Shown one piece after another: positions 11,009-21,939 of a DNA stretch of 41,824 nt (positions are counted from its first letter, which is position 1; every line of letters starts with the position of its first letter). Under the pieces are notes generated by a model. That model was not told where the DNA came from, ran no database searches, and saw only the letters and a program-made list of their open reading frames with translations. Position numbers and translations under genes: made by a program. This DNA comes from Cyanophora paradoxa CCMP329 (Eukaryota; Plantae; Glaucophyta): assembly GCA_004431415.1 (NCBI GenBank), contig QPMI01000630.1, positions 1-41,824 of the forward strand, written 5' to 3'.

Positions 11009-11249
11009 CCCGCGAGCTCCGCCGCCCCGCCTCGACGTCGACGGGCGCAGGGTGATGCACTGCTGCGAGTGCGGCATGGAGGTGAGTCCACCGGAGGGCG
11101 CGTCGTGGGGCGACAGGGGAGGTGGGGGGGGAGGGAAAGGGGTACGGGCCCGATCTGACCCTCGTTCTGCGCAGGGCCGCAACTCCAGGACGCACCACGG
11201 CCCGCGGATGCACTGGCGCAAGAAGCGGGAGAGCGACTACGAATACTGA
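10364..11249 (+). CDS. Proline-rich protein with two CxxC-x3-G(H/R)NxxTH zinc-knuckle-like motifs; 2 introns; frameshifted 5' part
   Basis: TATA at 10306, ATG at 10364. GT-AG introns 10809-10889 and 11082-11174, both with a CTGAC branch site, give CSVCRLT|GHNKKTH and CCECGME|GRNSRTH. Stop at 11249. Confidence 0.6.
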
Positions 11250-11322
11250 GCGCGCCGGCGTTTGCATAAAGGGGACCCGCGCCGCCTCTCCCGCAGCGGC
11301 GGCGCCCAGGGCCTGAGCGGGG

Positions 11323-11672
11323 ATGACGCTCCGCGTGGAGGAAGGCTGCGGATCGGGCCCAGCGCGGAGGGCCCGGCGCGCGTCGAGGTGGACCTCGACG
11401 CGGACGAGACCCTGGTGGCGACGGCGGGCGAGGAGACGCTCTGGGTCGTCGCCCGCGACCGCGTGCGCGCCCTCGACGCCCGCTGCTGCGCCTGGTCCGT
11501 CGAGTACAAGTTCTCCTCGCCCCTGAGCCGCGTGGAGGGCGCGCCCGACGGCTCCCTCGTCGTCTTCTTCGAGGGGGCGGCCTGCGGTACCTCCCAAGCC
11601 GACCGTGGACAGGTGGGGCCTCTGAATCCCGCTGCCCGTGCGCCGCGCGCTCGGACGAACAAAGTCCTCTAG
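11323..11672 (+). CDS. Hypothetical protein (one apparent frameshift after MTLRVEEG)
   Basis: CATAAA island at ~11265 and ATG at 11323. Protein-like stretch RVEVDLDADETLVATAGEETLWVVARDRVRALDARCCAWSVEYKFSSPLSRVEGAPDGSLVVFFEG. Confidence 0.4.
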
Positions 11673-13540
11673 ATCGAGCCTGGCCCCTCCCCCTCCCCGT
11701 CCCCGCCGGCACATGTTGGTCGAGTTTTGCTCGTTCAAGTTGTATTGGATCGCGAGGTCGCTCATATGCATTTTCAATGCAGATGCGCGGGAGGGCGCCT
11801 GGGGGGATAGGGAGGAGGGGGGGGGGGTCGGCGGCGGGTACACGCGGATGCTGCGAGGCGAGAGGCCTCGGCCTAGGGCGGGCCCCTCGGGGTGAGCGGG
11901 CGAGTCTCCCGTGTGGAAATTCCGGAGGGTCTCTCGATCGGGGCGCGACCGGGTCCTGGAGAGGGGCGGGCGACCGCCGTCTCCCGCCGCGCCGCCGCCC
12001 CGTGCGGCGAGCCGCGCCGCCGCCAGCCCCGCCCGCCGAACCGCGCCGCCGCCGGCCGAGCCCCAGCCCCGCCCGTCGAGCCGCGCCGACGCCCGCCACG
12101 TCCCCGCCCCGCCCGTCGAGCCGAGCTGCAGTCAGCCAAGCCCCCGCCCCGTGCAGCGATGCCCCATAGATGGGCCGCTCACCAGGCGTTCGGTGTACAT
12201 GCATGGCTCAACCACCTGCGCACGCACGGGTCAACCGATGAGGCAGCCGGGGCACAGGGCACCCAAAAGCGCACGAAATAAGGCCCTTGAACCCTGTGTC
12301 CCTCGGCAGCGTAAAGTCTATGCCGGCTGCGGCGCACGCGACGGCTGCGGCGCCGGCGCACGCGACGGCTGCGGTCGATCGTCGCCGGCGCGGAGCTGGA
12401 CAGGCGGGAGATCTCGCGCAGCGTGCAGCTGCTCACGAGCTTCCAGGGAGCAGTATGCCCACGCTCCGAGCTTCAACGTGCCTCGATTCGAGCGCCCCGA
12501 GAGCACACGCGTACGCCGCCCAGGAGATCCAGAGGCCCGCGTAGCTGGCCGGAGTACTGCGCATGCATCGCTCAGCACCCCGGCCCCATGTCGCTGAGCA
12601 CGTACAGCCACTCCTGCTCACGCACATTTCCTTCGGCATCTGAAGGGACTTGCCACCCAGACGCAGCGGCCGCCGGGAGCGGGCTGCAGGCAGAGCTGGA
12701 GCTAGCTATCGACAACGCTTGACGAAAGCTCAGCGCTAGCCCCGTGCTCACGGCCGCCGCGAGAACTGCAATGTGTATCCCCCATCCTCTCACCCTCCCC
12801 CCCCCAGAAAAAAACAAAAACTCCTGCACTATTGATATCTAGATCTACCGGTATTTGAAATTGGCACCCTGGCCCGCAGGCCGCCCCCACCCCCCCACCC
12901 CACCCTAACATCCAAAGGCTATAGCAGCCGGACTCGAGCTCGTGCAAACGACGTTGGGCTGATCGCGAGGCCGGCCGGCCGCGATTATGAAATTGCGCCC
13001 CAAATTAAATTGCGCGCGCGACTGCGGCCCTCAAGAGGGACGAGGCGATATATATGTGTGCATTACAGCTTCATTTGGATAGCCACTGCGCCTGGCCTGT
13101 CGGTCGCGATCTCTCTCATGAGAATCACGTGCACTGTCATGCAGCGAGACGGCGCAATGATTCATTATTCAAGCATGCGCATGCGTGTATGCATGCTCGT
13201 AAAAATGCGCAATATGAATCGATCTTTTTTTAAACATGAAGCTCGCGACTCGAATTCCGGATCCGTCGACACGTGCACGGATGTGCGCGTTGAGTGCGCG
13301 CGACGTGAACATTTCCACGGCCCGGCCTGGTTCGGCGAATTTTGAAACTCTCAGGCTCTACGTCGTTCAAGACAATTTAGAACGGAGAACTGACGGATAT
13401 TAATTCGAGATGCGGATATATATGTATATATATCGATCGAAATTAAATTCGACAACGTGCGAATTAAACGATATCGGTATACGTATCGATTTCGATGGAT
13501 GGCCGTCGACTGCGCGCTAAATAGCTGGATATAGAGTGCA

Positions 13541-14389
13541 TTACGACTCTGAGCCGGCGGCGGCCTCTGTCTCGACCTGAATCGAGCACGCGCATGCGCA
13601 CGTGCCTTCGATCTTGCGGACATCGGGCCCGTTCCCGCAGGAGGGGGCCGAAAATTCCGCGCCTAGCGCTGTCATCACCTTTAATTTCTTTGCGAGGCCC
13701 CCGTTTCGTGCACGATCCTCGAGGAGCAGTTTAAACGCCTTGGCGACGGTTTCGTTCGGAAACCCGTGTGCCACCGCCCGAATCTTGATCGGTCCGCGGG
13801 CCATCTCGAAGAGGCCGGAGCCGCGCAGCTCGGCAAACTTGCGCTTGAGGTTGGACGAGCAGCCGACAAAGGCGGGGAGCTGCCTGGCGCCGCCCATGAC
13901 GAACACGACGGGCTGCTTGGGTCCGAATTTGTCCGAGAGCTCCACCGGGGCGGGCTTTGCGTTTGGGTCCCGAACGTGAACGGCCCTGTTCGGCGCCGGC
14001 GCCGAGGACGCTGCGTCGCGACCCGCGGCCGCGTCGACGTCGCCGGCCGCCTCGCCCTCGCGATCCTGCCCCTCTGCCCGCGGGCGCGCGCCTGCGCCCG
14101 GAATCGCGACGCAGGTCGACGTCGGGGCCGGGGATCCGGAGGCGGCTGCGTTCGAATCCGGCGCCTCCGAGCGCGAATCGCGCTCGCGATCGCTGTCGGC
14201 CGCAGCGCCCTGCACCGAAATCGATAGCGATGGGTTCGGCGCGGGAGATTTCGGAGGTGACGACGGCGCTTCCCGACATCGATCGGGATCCTGATCGATA
14301 TCGTGATCGTGGTCGGCGGCGGGGCCCGATCGCTTCGAATTCGGGCTCGACGTCGACATCCCCTCTAGCGCCTCGAGCTTCGGGGGCAT
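13541..14389 (-). CDS. GIY-YIG (SLX1-like) domain protein, divergent and probably catalytically inactive; long low-complexity N-terminus
   Basis: VVFVMGG..PAFVGCSSNLKRKFAELRG...RGPIKIRAVAHGFPNETVAKAFK parallels the SLX1-type pattern VYLL..YVG.T.D..RRL.QHNG...RPW.....GFP....AL.FE. Intronless, ATG at 14389. Confidence 0.6.
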   Translation of the reverse strand: MPPKLEALEGMSTSSPNSKRSGPAADHDHDIDQDPDRCREAPSSPPKSPAPNPSLSISVQGAAADSDRERDSRSEAPDSNAAASGSPAPTSTCVAIPGAGARPRAEGQDREGEAAGDVDAAAGRDAASSAPAPNRAVHVRDPNAKPAPVELSDKFGPKQPVVFVMGGARQLPAFVGCSSNLKRKFAELRGSGLFEMARGPIKIRAVAHGFPNETVAKAFKLLLEDRARNGGLAKKLKVMTALGAEFSAPSCGNGPDVRKIEGTCACACSIQVETEAAAGSES

Positions 14390-14769
14390 GGTGCTTCTAT
14401 TTATCCGCGCCCAGGCCCTCACACTCTTGAGGGCGGCTTTGTTTTCGGCCGACGTGCGCTGCGGGCGGCCCCGAGGTTTACGAGTATGTATATGTGCGTA
14501 TGCGGGGAGAATTCGAATCGAACTGCAGCGCTAGCTGGGATCCGGATCGGGCCTGCGTCGACGTTCCGTCGACCTAGGCCTCCCGCCCGCCGTTGCCCGC
14601 GTCTCCCGCGCGGACTGCTTTATAAGCGAGCGCATGCACGGCCCGGGCCCGGGGGGACCGGGCGGGGGCGGGGGTGCACGTGCCGAGGCGGCGGGCGGGG
14701 TGCGTGACCCGCGAGTCGCCCTCCCCTCTGGACGTTGGCCGTACCCCTCCTCCTCCCCTCCCCGGGCCC

Positions 14770-16400
14770 CCCTCCGGAGACTCGCCGCCACCCCCCTCTG
14801 GAGGGAGCGGCGCTCGCGCGTCGTCCGCAAGGCGAACGAGTGAAAGGGAGGGAGGGTGCCGCGCCGCAAGAGGCAGGGGGTAGAAGAGTTTCCGGGGCGC
14901 CATGCGCCCCCGCGCCGATGGACCAGGCCTAGGGGCGCCGAAGCTCGTTCTGGGCGTCGGGCGAGTCTCCAGGGGGAGGGGGGGGGCCGCCGGGGGTACG
15001 GCTCGGAGCTTTCGCGCCGCTCTCTCTCGGGGGCGGCGGCGAGTTTCGAAGGGGGGGGGGGGAGCTTGAGGGGGGTAGCTGGGGTACGAGCGAGATTCTA
15101 GCGCCGCCCTCTGTCGGGGCGGCGGCGAGTCTCCCGGGGGGTGAAACGAGGGGGTACGTGGGGTACGGTCGAGATTCGAGAGTCGTTTGCTTCGAGGGGT
15201 GGCGGCGAGTCTCCAGGGGGGGAGGGGGAGGTAGGTGGGGTACGGTCAGAGATTCAGCGCCACCCTCTTTCGGGGCGGCGGCGAGTCTCCAGGGGGGAGG
15301 GGAGATAGCTCGGGGTACGGTCAGAGATTCAGCGCCACCCTCTTTCGGGGCGGCGGCGAGTCTCCAGGGGGGTGGGACGAGGGGCACGTGGGGGTACGGG
15401 AGAAATTATAGAGCTGTTCGCTTCGAGGGGTGGAGGCGAGTCTCCAGGGGGGAGGGGGAGGTAGGTGGGGGTACGGTCAGAGATTTAGGCGGCGCGGCTC
15501 TGGATCTCTCTCGGGGGCGGCGGCGAGTCTCCGGGGGGTGGACGAAGGTACGTGGGGGTATGGCCGAGATTATGGAGCAGTTCGCTTTGAGGGGTGGCGG
15601 TGAGTCTCCAGAAGGTAGGAGGAGGCCACCGAAAACTCGCCGCGCCCCCCTCAGGGACCCGTTGCACGGGCGTGAGAAGCCAAGGGTGAGCGAGCTCGAG
15701 GAGAAGGCCGGTCCCGTACCCCGTCTCCCAACCTGGACCCCGCTGGAAACTCGCCACGCCCCCCTCAGGGGCCGGCTGCACGAGCGTGAGAAGCCGAGGG
15801 GGAGCGAGGGAAAGGCCGGTCCCGTACCGGGACCCCATCTCCCAAACCTGCCCCCCGCCGCTGGAAACGCGCCGCGCGCCCCTCAGGGGCCGGCTGCACG
15901 AGCGTGAGAAACCGAGGGGGAGCGAGGGAAAGGTCGGTCCCGTACCCCGTCTCCCAAACCTGCCTCTGCCGCTGGAAACTCGCCACGCGCCCCTCGGGGG
16001 CCGGCTGCACGGGCATGAGAAACTTTAAGCCGAGGGCGAGCGAGGGAAGGGCGGACCCGTACCCCGTCTACAAACCCGCCCCTGCCGCTGGAAACTCGCC
16101 GCGCGCCCCTCAGGGGCCCGCTGCACGGGCGCGAGAATTCGGAGCCGAGGGCGAGCGAGGAGAAGACCACCACCCCCTCCCCCCTGGAGACTCGCCGGCT
16201 CCCCCCTCTGAGAGAGCGGTGCTCGAGATTTGATCGTACCCTCACCAACCCCCGCCCCCCGCCCCCTGGGAGACTCGCCGGCTCCCCCTCGGAGAGAGCG
16301 GCACTCGCGCGTCGTCCGTACCCCCGCCGAATGGAAGATGAAACCCCGCCTCCCGCCCCCCTGGAGACTCGCCGCCGACCCCCTCTGAGAGAGCGGCGCT
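14770..16400. repeat. Polarity-switching array of GGA(A/G)ACTCGCC-containing degenerate repeats
   Basis: One forward copy at ~14776. Then ~9 reverse copies at ~76-87 bp spacing (14960-15610), each followed by GGGGTA(C/T)G except the last. Then ~8 forward copies (15631-16373), the first five at ~115 bp spacing. Confidence 0.85.
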
Positions 16401-16410
16401 CGGGATACGC

Positions 16411-16422
16411 AATATATATAAG
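16411..16422 (+). promoter_or_regulatory. TATA-like element upstream of the TFIIB-like gene
   Basis: AATATATATAAG directly after the motif array; further TATAAA at ~16513 and CATAAAT at ~16651. Confidence 0.35.
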
Positions 16423-16710
16423 GAATGCGAGAGGTCTAGATCGCAGAGGGACCGGAGCGTGCGGCCAGAGCACCTTCAGGTGATCGCGGTCAGGGCTCAG
16501 ATTTCGAAACGATATAAAGGAACGCGCGCGCGCGCGCCTCTATCTCTGCGCACACGGATCCGGGCCGGGCGGGCACTCACGACCACGATCCATAGATTGC
16601 GATCGATCGAAACTGGGTTCGCCCCCAAGATTCGTGATCGCGATCGGCGGCATAAATTTCAGACCGCTTTCACAGAGCCCTCAGTCCCCACACCGCGACC
16701 GAAAACGATC

Positions 16711-17630
16711 ATGAGCAGTTGCGTCCACCCTTACGTCGCGTCCGGGGCCGAGGGCGACGTGTGCACGTCCTGCGGCATGTGCCTCGACGCGTACGGGTCG
16801 TACGCGACGCCCCTGGGCCTCGTCTGCGACGAGCAGGGCGGCGCCGGCGTCGCGTCCTCGCACGATCGATATCTGCAACTGGGGCTGGATCTGCTACGCG
16901 ATATTCCAGAGCCGGCGCCGCGCACGTGCACGTGGCAGCCTTCCAAGTCTAGTTCTGCGCGCGCAATCCCGAGCTCGAGCGCGCACGGTACCCACGCGAA
17001 TATGAATCGCACGGAGCTGGATCAGACTGTGAGGGAGACGGCAGAGCGCATGCTCCTCCGGAGATTGTCTGGCGCGAGGCCCTGGAAACGCTCCGCGAGA
17101 AGCGCGCCGTGATCTCGGGAGGCGGTACACATCCCTCGCCCTCGCGGCCCTCTATCTGGCCGTCCAACAGCTCGATATCCCTCGTGGGATACACGATTTC
17201 GAGCACGCGGCCCCTCCCGAGGCGCGCCACGAGGTCCGAAAGTACGTTCGCGTCCTCTTGGAGGCGACGCCGGCGCCGGCGCCGGCCGCGGGGCCCCCCG
17301 CGGGCGATCGGCGCGAGGGCCGTCGCCTTCACACGTACGACTTGGGCGTGTCCCTCGTGGAAAGCGTCGGAAAGAATATTGGAATCGACGGTTCGATCAT
17401 CTCGGCCGCCCAGAAGCGCTACAGAGAGTACCTGGAGGCGGGACGAGCTCGTTCCAGGACCCGAAGATCCTAGCGATAGGGGCGCTCGCGCTCGCGGCCA
17501 AGCTCTCCGGACGCGCTTCCTGGTCCACGCGAAAAATCGCGATTCGAGCCGGGCCTCTCCGACCGCCGCGCGCGCTGCGGTCAGGGAGATGAGGGCACGG
17601 CTCGGGATAGACCTAGATCTAGACCCGTAA
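16711..17630 (+). pseudogene. Transcription initiation factor TFIIB-like protein (Zn ribbon plus two cyclin repeats), intronless, about 4 frameshifts
   Basis: N-terminal CVH...GDVCTSCGMCLD zinc ribbon. Repeat 1 across frames: TVRETAERM.PEIVWREALETLRE..GRRYTSLALAALYLAVQQLDIPRGIHDF (cf. GR...AIAAACLYIACRQE.VPRT..EI). Repeat 2: LVESVGKNIGIDGSIISAAQKRY...SR.PKILAIGALALAAKLSG...STRKIAIRAG.SPTAARAAVREM. Confidence 0.85.
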
Positions 17631-18234
17631 TCAAGTGCTAGAACTCGATCGATATCCAGATCTAGCTCGAAATTGACTTTGTCATGTGAATATTTGTATA
17701 CGTAGCCTGGATGATTTTCCGCAGAAACTTGAAATATCGCTAGCCATGATATCGATCATGATCATGAATTTGAATATAGATTAATATATTCATCTGGAGC
17801 AGATCCTAGCTATAGTTATGACGAGTCAGTTGAATAAACAAATCTAAAGCTCACGATGAAGACTCTGAGATGAAAACTACGATATGCATATGGCAGCGCA
17901 TCTGCAGCGATCGCGATACATGTATACCGTACAGGCATGATTATGGACAGAGGGACGCGCCTAAAAGGACGCGCCGGCCCGCGCCTCATGGCATGTACAC
18001 GGTCAGCCCTCTCCGCAGAAATTCGAATCCGTGACCATCGAGGTGGACGACGCCTAGCTATAGCTCCTTGAGAGTATAGTTGAACATCGCAGGCCTATAG
18101 CTAGGTGCGCGCGCACCGGCTGCGAAATTTTCAGACGTCTCACGGGGGATTCGAAAATTCGTATTCACAGCCCAGGCCATGTCCACGCACACTCATATTG
18201 CCTAGACCATCGCAGCGCGTCCGACGGTCGAGGC

Positions 18235-20688
18235 ATGGCATCTGCAAACTCGCCCCCCAGCCGCGATCGCGATCGCGATCGCGATGAAGAGAAAGATCTA
18301 GATCCGGGTTCCGGATCCGGAGCGAGCGCGAGGGGGCGGTTGCTGCCCTCGCCGAGCTCGGGGGGCGGGTCCAGGCCCCCTTTCGACTCCCGCCCCGCCA
18401 AAGTCCAACTTCCAGCGTACCTGAGCGTGGGGAGGGACCCGGCCCTCGCCTTTCGCCCCTCGTGCGCGCGATGCCAGGTCGAGCGGGTCCCACCCCCATC
18501 GTACATGCTTCCCTGCGCCGTCTCGCGCATCTTGGACCGCACCGGGGCCTCGAGCTTGAACGGATCGCTCGAGGCGCACCCCCGCCCCACGTTCGAGGAC
18601 CTCCGAAGCTGCTCAGGAAAAGCCTGCATCTGCGTCACCTGCGCGATCAATCTGGTGGCCGCGGCCGCGGCCGCCCCCGCCCCCGCCCCCGTGTTCAAGT
18701 GCCCCGCCTGCGGGGAGGACCACCGCGCGCCGGACGAGCTCCTGAGCTCGTCCCGTATCGACGCCTACCTCGCCTACGCGTCCTTTATCGAGGACGGAAA
18801 CAACCCGCAGGCCTGGATCGCCTCCGAAATTATCGGGAGGCAGGCGCTGGCCTCGGTGTTTGAGCACGTGGCCCACCTGGCGCTGGAGGCGGCGCGGGCA
18901 AAGGAGACCCCGCGATCCCGATCGCGAGCGCTGCCCCGCCCCCCCGGGCCCGGCCGGCCCCCCGGCCTCGACGTTGACGTTGGCGCCGGCGCCGGCGTCG
19001 ACGTCCGCGGCAGCGCGAGCCGGACCCGGCACGTCGCGCCCGGACACCGACCCCGCAGCCGGAGAGGGTCCGAGCGGCCCGTCGGAAGGGAACCCGGCGC
19101 CGGCGCCGCCCGGGCCCGGTACCGCGGCCGGTGCGGGCTCGAGTTCGAAAAAGGGCAAGGAGCCGGCCCTGCACGCGCAGGCGCCCGCGGCCGCCCCGGC
19201 CTCCCCGCCGGCAGAGGGCGATCGCGAGAGCGAGGCCAAGGGCGAGGCCGGCGCCGGCGCCGGGGCGAGCGCCAGGGCGGGCCCGGGGCTCCGAAAGCGC
19301 CCCGATCGCGAGGGGCAGGTCCCCTCGGGCGCGACGCAGGCGGGCACCCCCCAGGAGGGGGGCCCCTCCAGGGCGAAGCGCCAGCGGAGCAAGTGGGGCT
19401 CGGGGAGGACGGAGCGCAAGCCCTACGAGAGCGACAAGCTGGTCAAGGTCCTCTACACGGCCTACACGTACCCCGCCGAGCTCGATCGCGACGCGGATGG
19501 GCCAGAGGACGGGGCAGGGGCGCCGGCAGAGGGTTCGAGCTCGCGCTCGGGCTCGGGCTCGGAGCTCGGCGATCCCGCCCCCGGTCCGTCCGCGGCCGGC
19601 CGTGGCCCGGCGGGCGCCGGGCCCTCTGCGGGCCCCTCTGATTCCGGCAAACGCAAGCCTCCGAATTCTCCGGCTGCCGCGGCCGCCGCCGCCGGCTCCG
19701 ATTCCGGATCCGGGAAATCTCAGAGTCCGACGCGGGCTCCCGCGCCGGGAGTCCGGATCCGCGCGATGCGGAGCTGGCCGAGGCGTGGAGCAAGGCCTAC
19801 GCGGCGGCCGTCCGGTTGGACTCGGAGGCGTCGTCCGAGCGCGACGGGGGGGAGGCCGCGGGGGGGGACGAGCTCGAGAGCGCGGGGAGCGCCTCGCAGG
19901 AGGGGCAGGAGGAGGATCCGGAGAGCCTCCCGCCTACGAAAAGGGGCTGGCCGTGGGCGTGGACGTCGCCCTCGTCGGCCGCCGCCTCGACGCGAATCCG
20001 CAGGCCCGGGCGGCTCTGCTCGAACGCGTTCAGAACCTGGGGCGGGAGAGAATTCGGGCGCTCGTCCTCGTCGCCGCCGCGGTCCTCGGGGCGTACGAAA
20101 AGTACAGGTGGGCGCGCGGGATTTCTGTCCATTCTTTCTGCCCGCGCAGGCGGCCGATGGGGCGGGTGCGGGGCGCAGGACTCGCACGGGAACAATCGAA
20201 AATTGTGGGGTACTGGAGAAAGGAGCACATCGAGACAAAGTACAACTCGATTCTCGGTTCGTTTAAATTTCGCGAGCTCGGGGCGCCGGCGGCGCTCCTG
20301 TTGCGCGTGGCCGTGGGGCCGGACTCCCCCCCGCTGACCCTGCAAGCGTGCACCCGTTTGCGCAGAGGCGGTGGGATTCCGGCTCGAGCTCCCGGCACAG
20401 AGAACCGAGATTTACACCGATCTCAAGAATCTGGCAGAGACGATGCGCAGATTCCCCGGCCTCTGCCGGGTCTCTGGGTCCGGCATCAGTCCGATCGACT
20501 TTCTGTCGACCGTACCCCTGCTCAAAACCGCCGACGCCGAGGGCGCGAAGCGCGTCGCTGCGCGGGTGAGCGACGAGGTCCGCCGCGCCAAGGGGTACGC
20601 GTTCGACGAGTCGGTGCTCGAGCTGGGGGCCCTGCAGCCGGCGGCGAGGAGGGGAGGGCGACGCGTCATCCTCGGAGGCGGGGGGTAG
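18235..20688 (+). pseudogene. Large frameshifted ORF with N-terminal RING-like Zn finger, low-complexity linker and unknown helical C-terminal domain
   Basis: CARC...LPC...ICVTC...FKCPAC pattern at ~18460-18715. Coding continues through frames 18860.., 19816.., 19131.. and 20371..20688 (e.g. TEIYTDLKNLAETMRRFPGLCRV). Confidence 0.5.
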
Positions 20689-21246
20689 GGGGATTCTGGG
20701 AGCTCCCCGGCCTGCGCACGCGGGCGCCGTAATTTCGAATTCGGAGCTCCCCTCTCGGACGTCGACCCGCCCGAGCTCCTGCGCCCAAGCCTCGGACCGC
20801 TGCACGTGGTGACTTTATTTGTAAAATCTAGACCGCTGCACGTGACAGCGGGCGCTGCACCCCAGCTCTTCATCTTGATCGCGATTCGATAACTGCTCTG
20901 ATACCATCTTGATACTCGCCGAGAGTCGAGCTCGGGTAAAAGTCGAGCCAGAGAAGAGTAATATTTAATATTAAATTTCGCATATACACTGAATGCTCCG
21001 CGGACAAATTTCATGGCCGCGCTTAAAGGGATGCCTAGGTCAGAGACTCGGAGATCGTCCAATCGTCCGGTACCCGGTGACAAGCACGATGGAAACTTCG
21101 ACGGGCCCGCGGCCGCCAATTCATTTGCATTTGCCGATTCATAGCGCGAATTTCGCCGCGAAATGCTTGACCGCGAGCCCGCGCGATCCCGAGGTCGACG
21201 GCGATCCTCGAACTCGTGCGCGTGATCACGACGGGTTCGGGGGCGG

Positions 21247-21798
21247 TTGCCGGGAGGGTTCAGAGGGGTCCGAGTCGGGGACGGGGACCGGGTGGCGGCG
21301 CCGGCGGCTCCGGCGCCTGGCCATGCATATGGGCCCTGCTTCGCGGCGCGCTGCGCCCCGGACGGCGAGCGGGTCGATCTCTGCGACGCCCTCGTGCGGC
21401 AATCCATCCTGCTGGCGTCCCTGTCCGAGTGCAGCGACGTCGGCCTGGGCGGCGCGCTCGAGGCCACGCCCGTCGATCTGCCGGCGACGGCGGACACCGT
21501 GAGGCTCGCCAACGCGGCGGCGTCGGGCGCCTGGCCGCCCGATCCAGTCCCGCTGCCCCTCTATTTCTCGCTCATCGACCTGCTCCAATTTTTGGACGCT
21601 TATGCGGGCCCGCTCGGCCTCCAGGTCGTAGGGCGGGCCGCGGCCGAGGCGTCCCGGATCGACATCAAGACGCTCCTGCGCGCCCTGGACGCGCGCTGGG
21701 CTCCGCCCGAGCCCGCCCCGGCGCCCGCGACCGCGGGGCCCCCGGCCCGCGCTCGCGCAAGCGACCCAGGTCTCCGATCGCGAACCCAGCAGATCTAG
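21247..21798 (+). CDS. SKP1/POZ-like protein (divergent); start codon uncertain
   Basis: DGERVDLCDALVRQSILLASL...TPVDLPATADTVRL...LYFSLIDLLQFLDA...LQVVGRAAAE parallels SKP1 SDGE.FEV...VA.QS.TIK.M...PIPLPNV....L...LFELILAANYLDI..LLD..CK.VA. Confidence 0.65.
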   Translation: MPGGFRGVRVGDGDRVAAPAAPAPGHAYGPCFAARCAPDGERVDLCDALVRQSILLASLSECSDVGLGGALEATPVDLPATADTVRLANAAASGAWPPDPVPLPLYFSLIDLLQFLDAYAGPLGLQVVGRAAAEASRIDIKTLLRALDARWAPPEPAPAPATAGPPARARASDPGLRSRTQQI

Positions 21799-21939
21799 AT
21801 CTAGAGGCCTAGGGGCGAGGGGCCGGGCGCGGCCTCGAGACCTAGGCCTACACAGACATCCGTTTTATATATAGCTAGCTTTTTTATTATACATTGGGAG
21901 CGCGCGATTCTACGAACTTCCGAACCGCATGCGCTCGAG

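Noticed and set aside
11586-12960. Inserted transposon or gene in the 11.6-13 kb interval
   Set aside because: Sequence style changes, but I found no convincing TIR or TSD and no recognisable domain in the short ORFs.
14929-16473. ORFs with repeated LETRR/WRLAA/GDSP words
   Set aside because: These are translations of the 11-mer DNA motif in different frames, not a protein repeat.
20412-21512. Possible TBP-like gene on the minus strand (YRIAIKMK...DFTNKVTTCSG)
   Set aside because: The resemblance depends on the 14 bp duplication at 20796-20844, there is no two-repeat TBP structure, and the ORF overlaps better-supported plus-strand genes. The 20.85-21.07 kb part stays open through AT-rich DNA, so an HMM check is still worthwhile.
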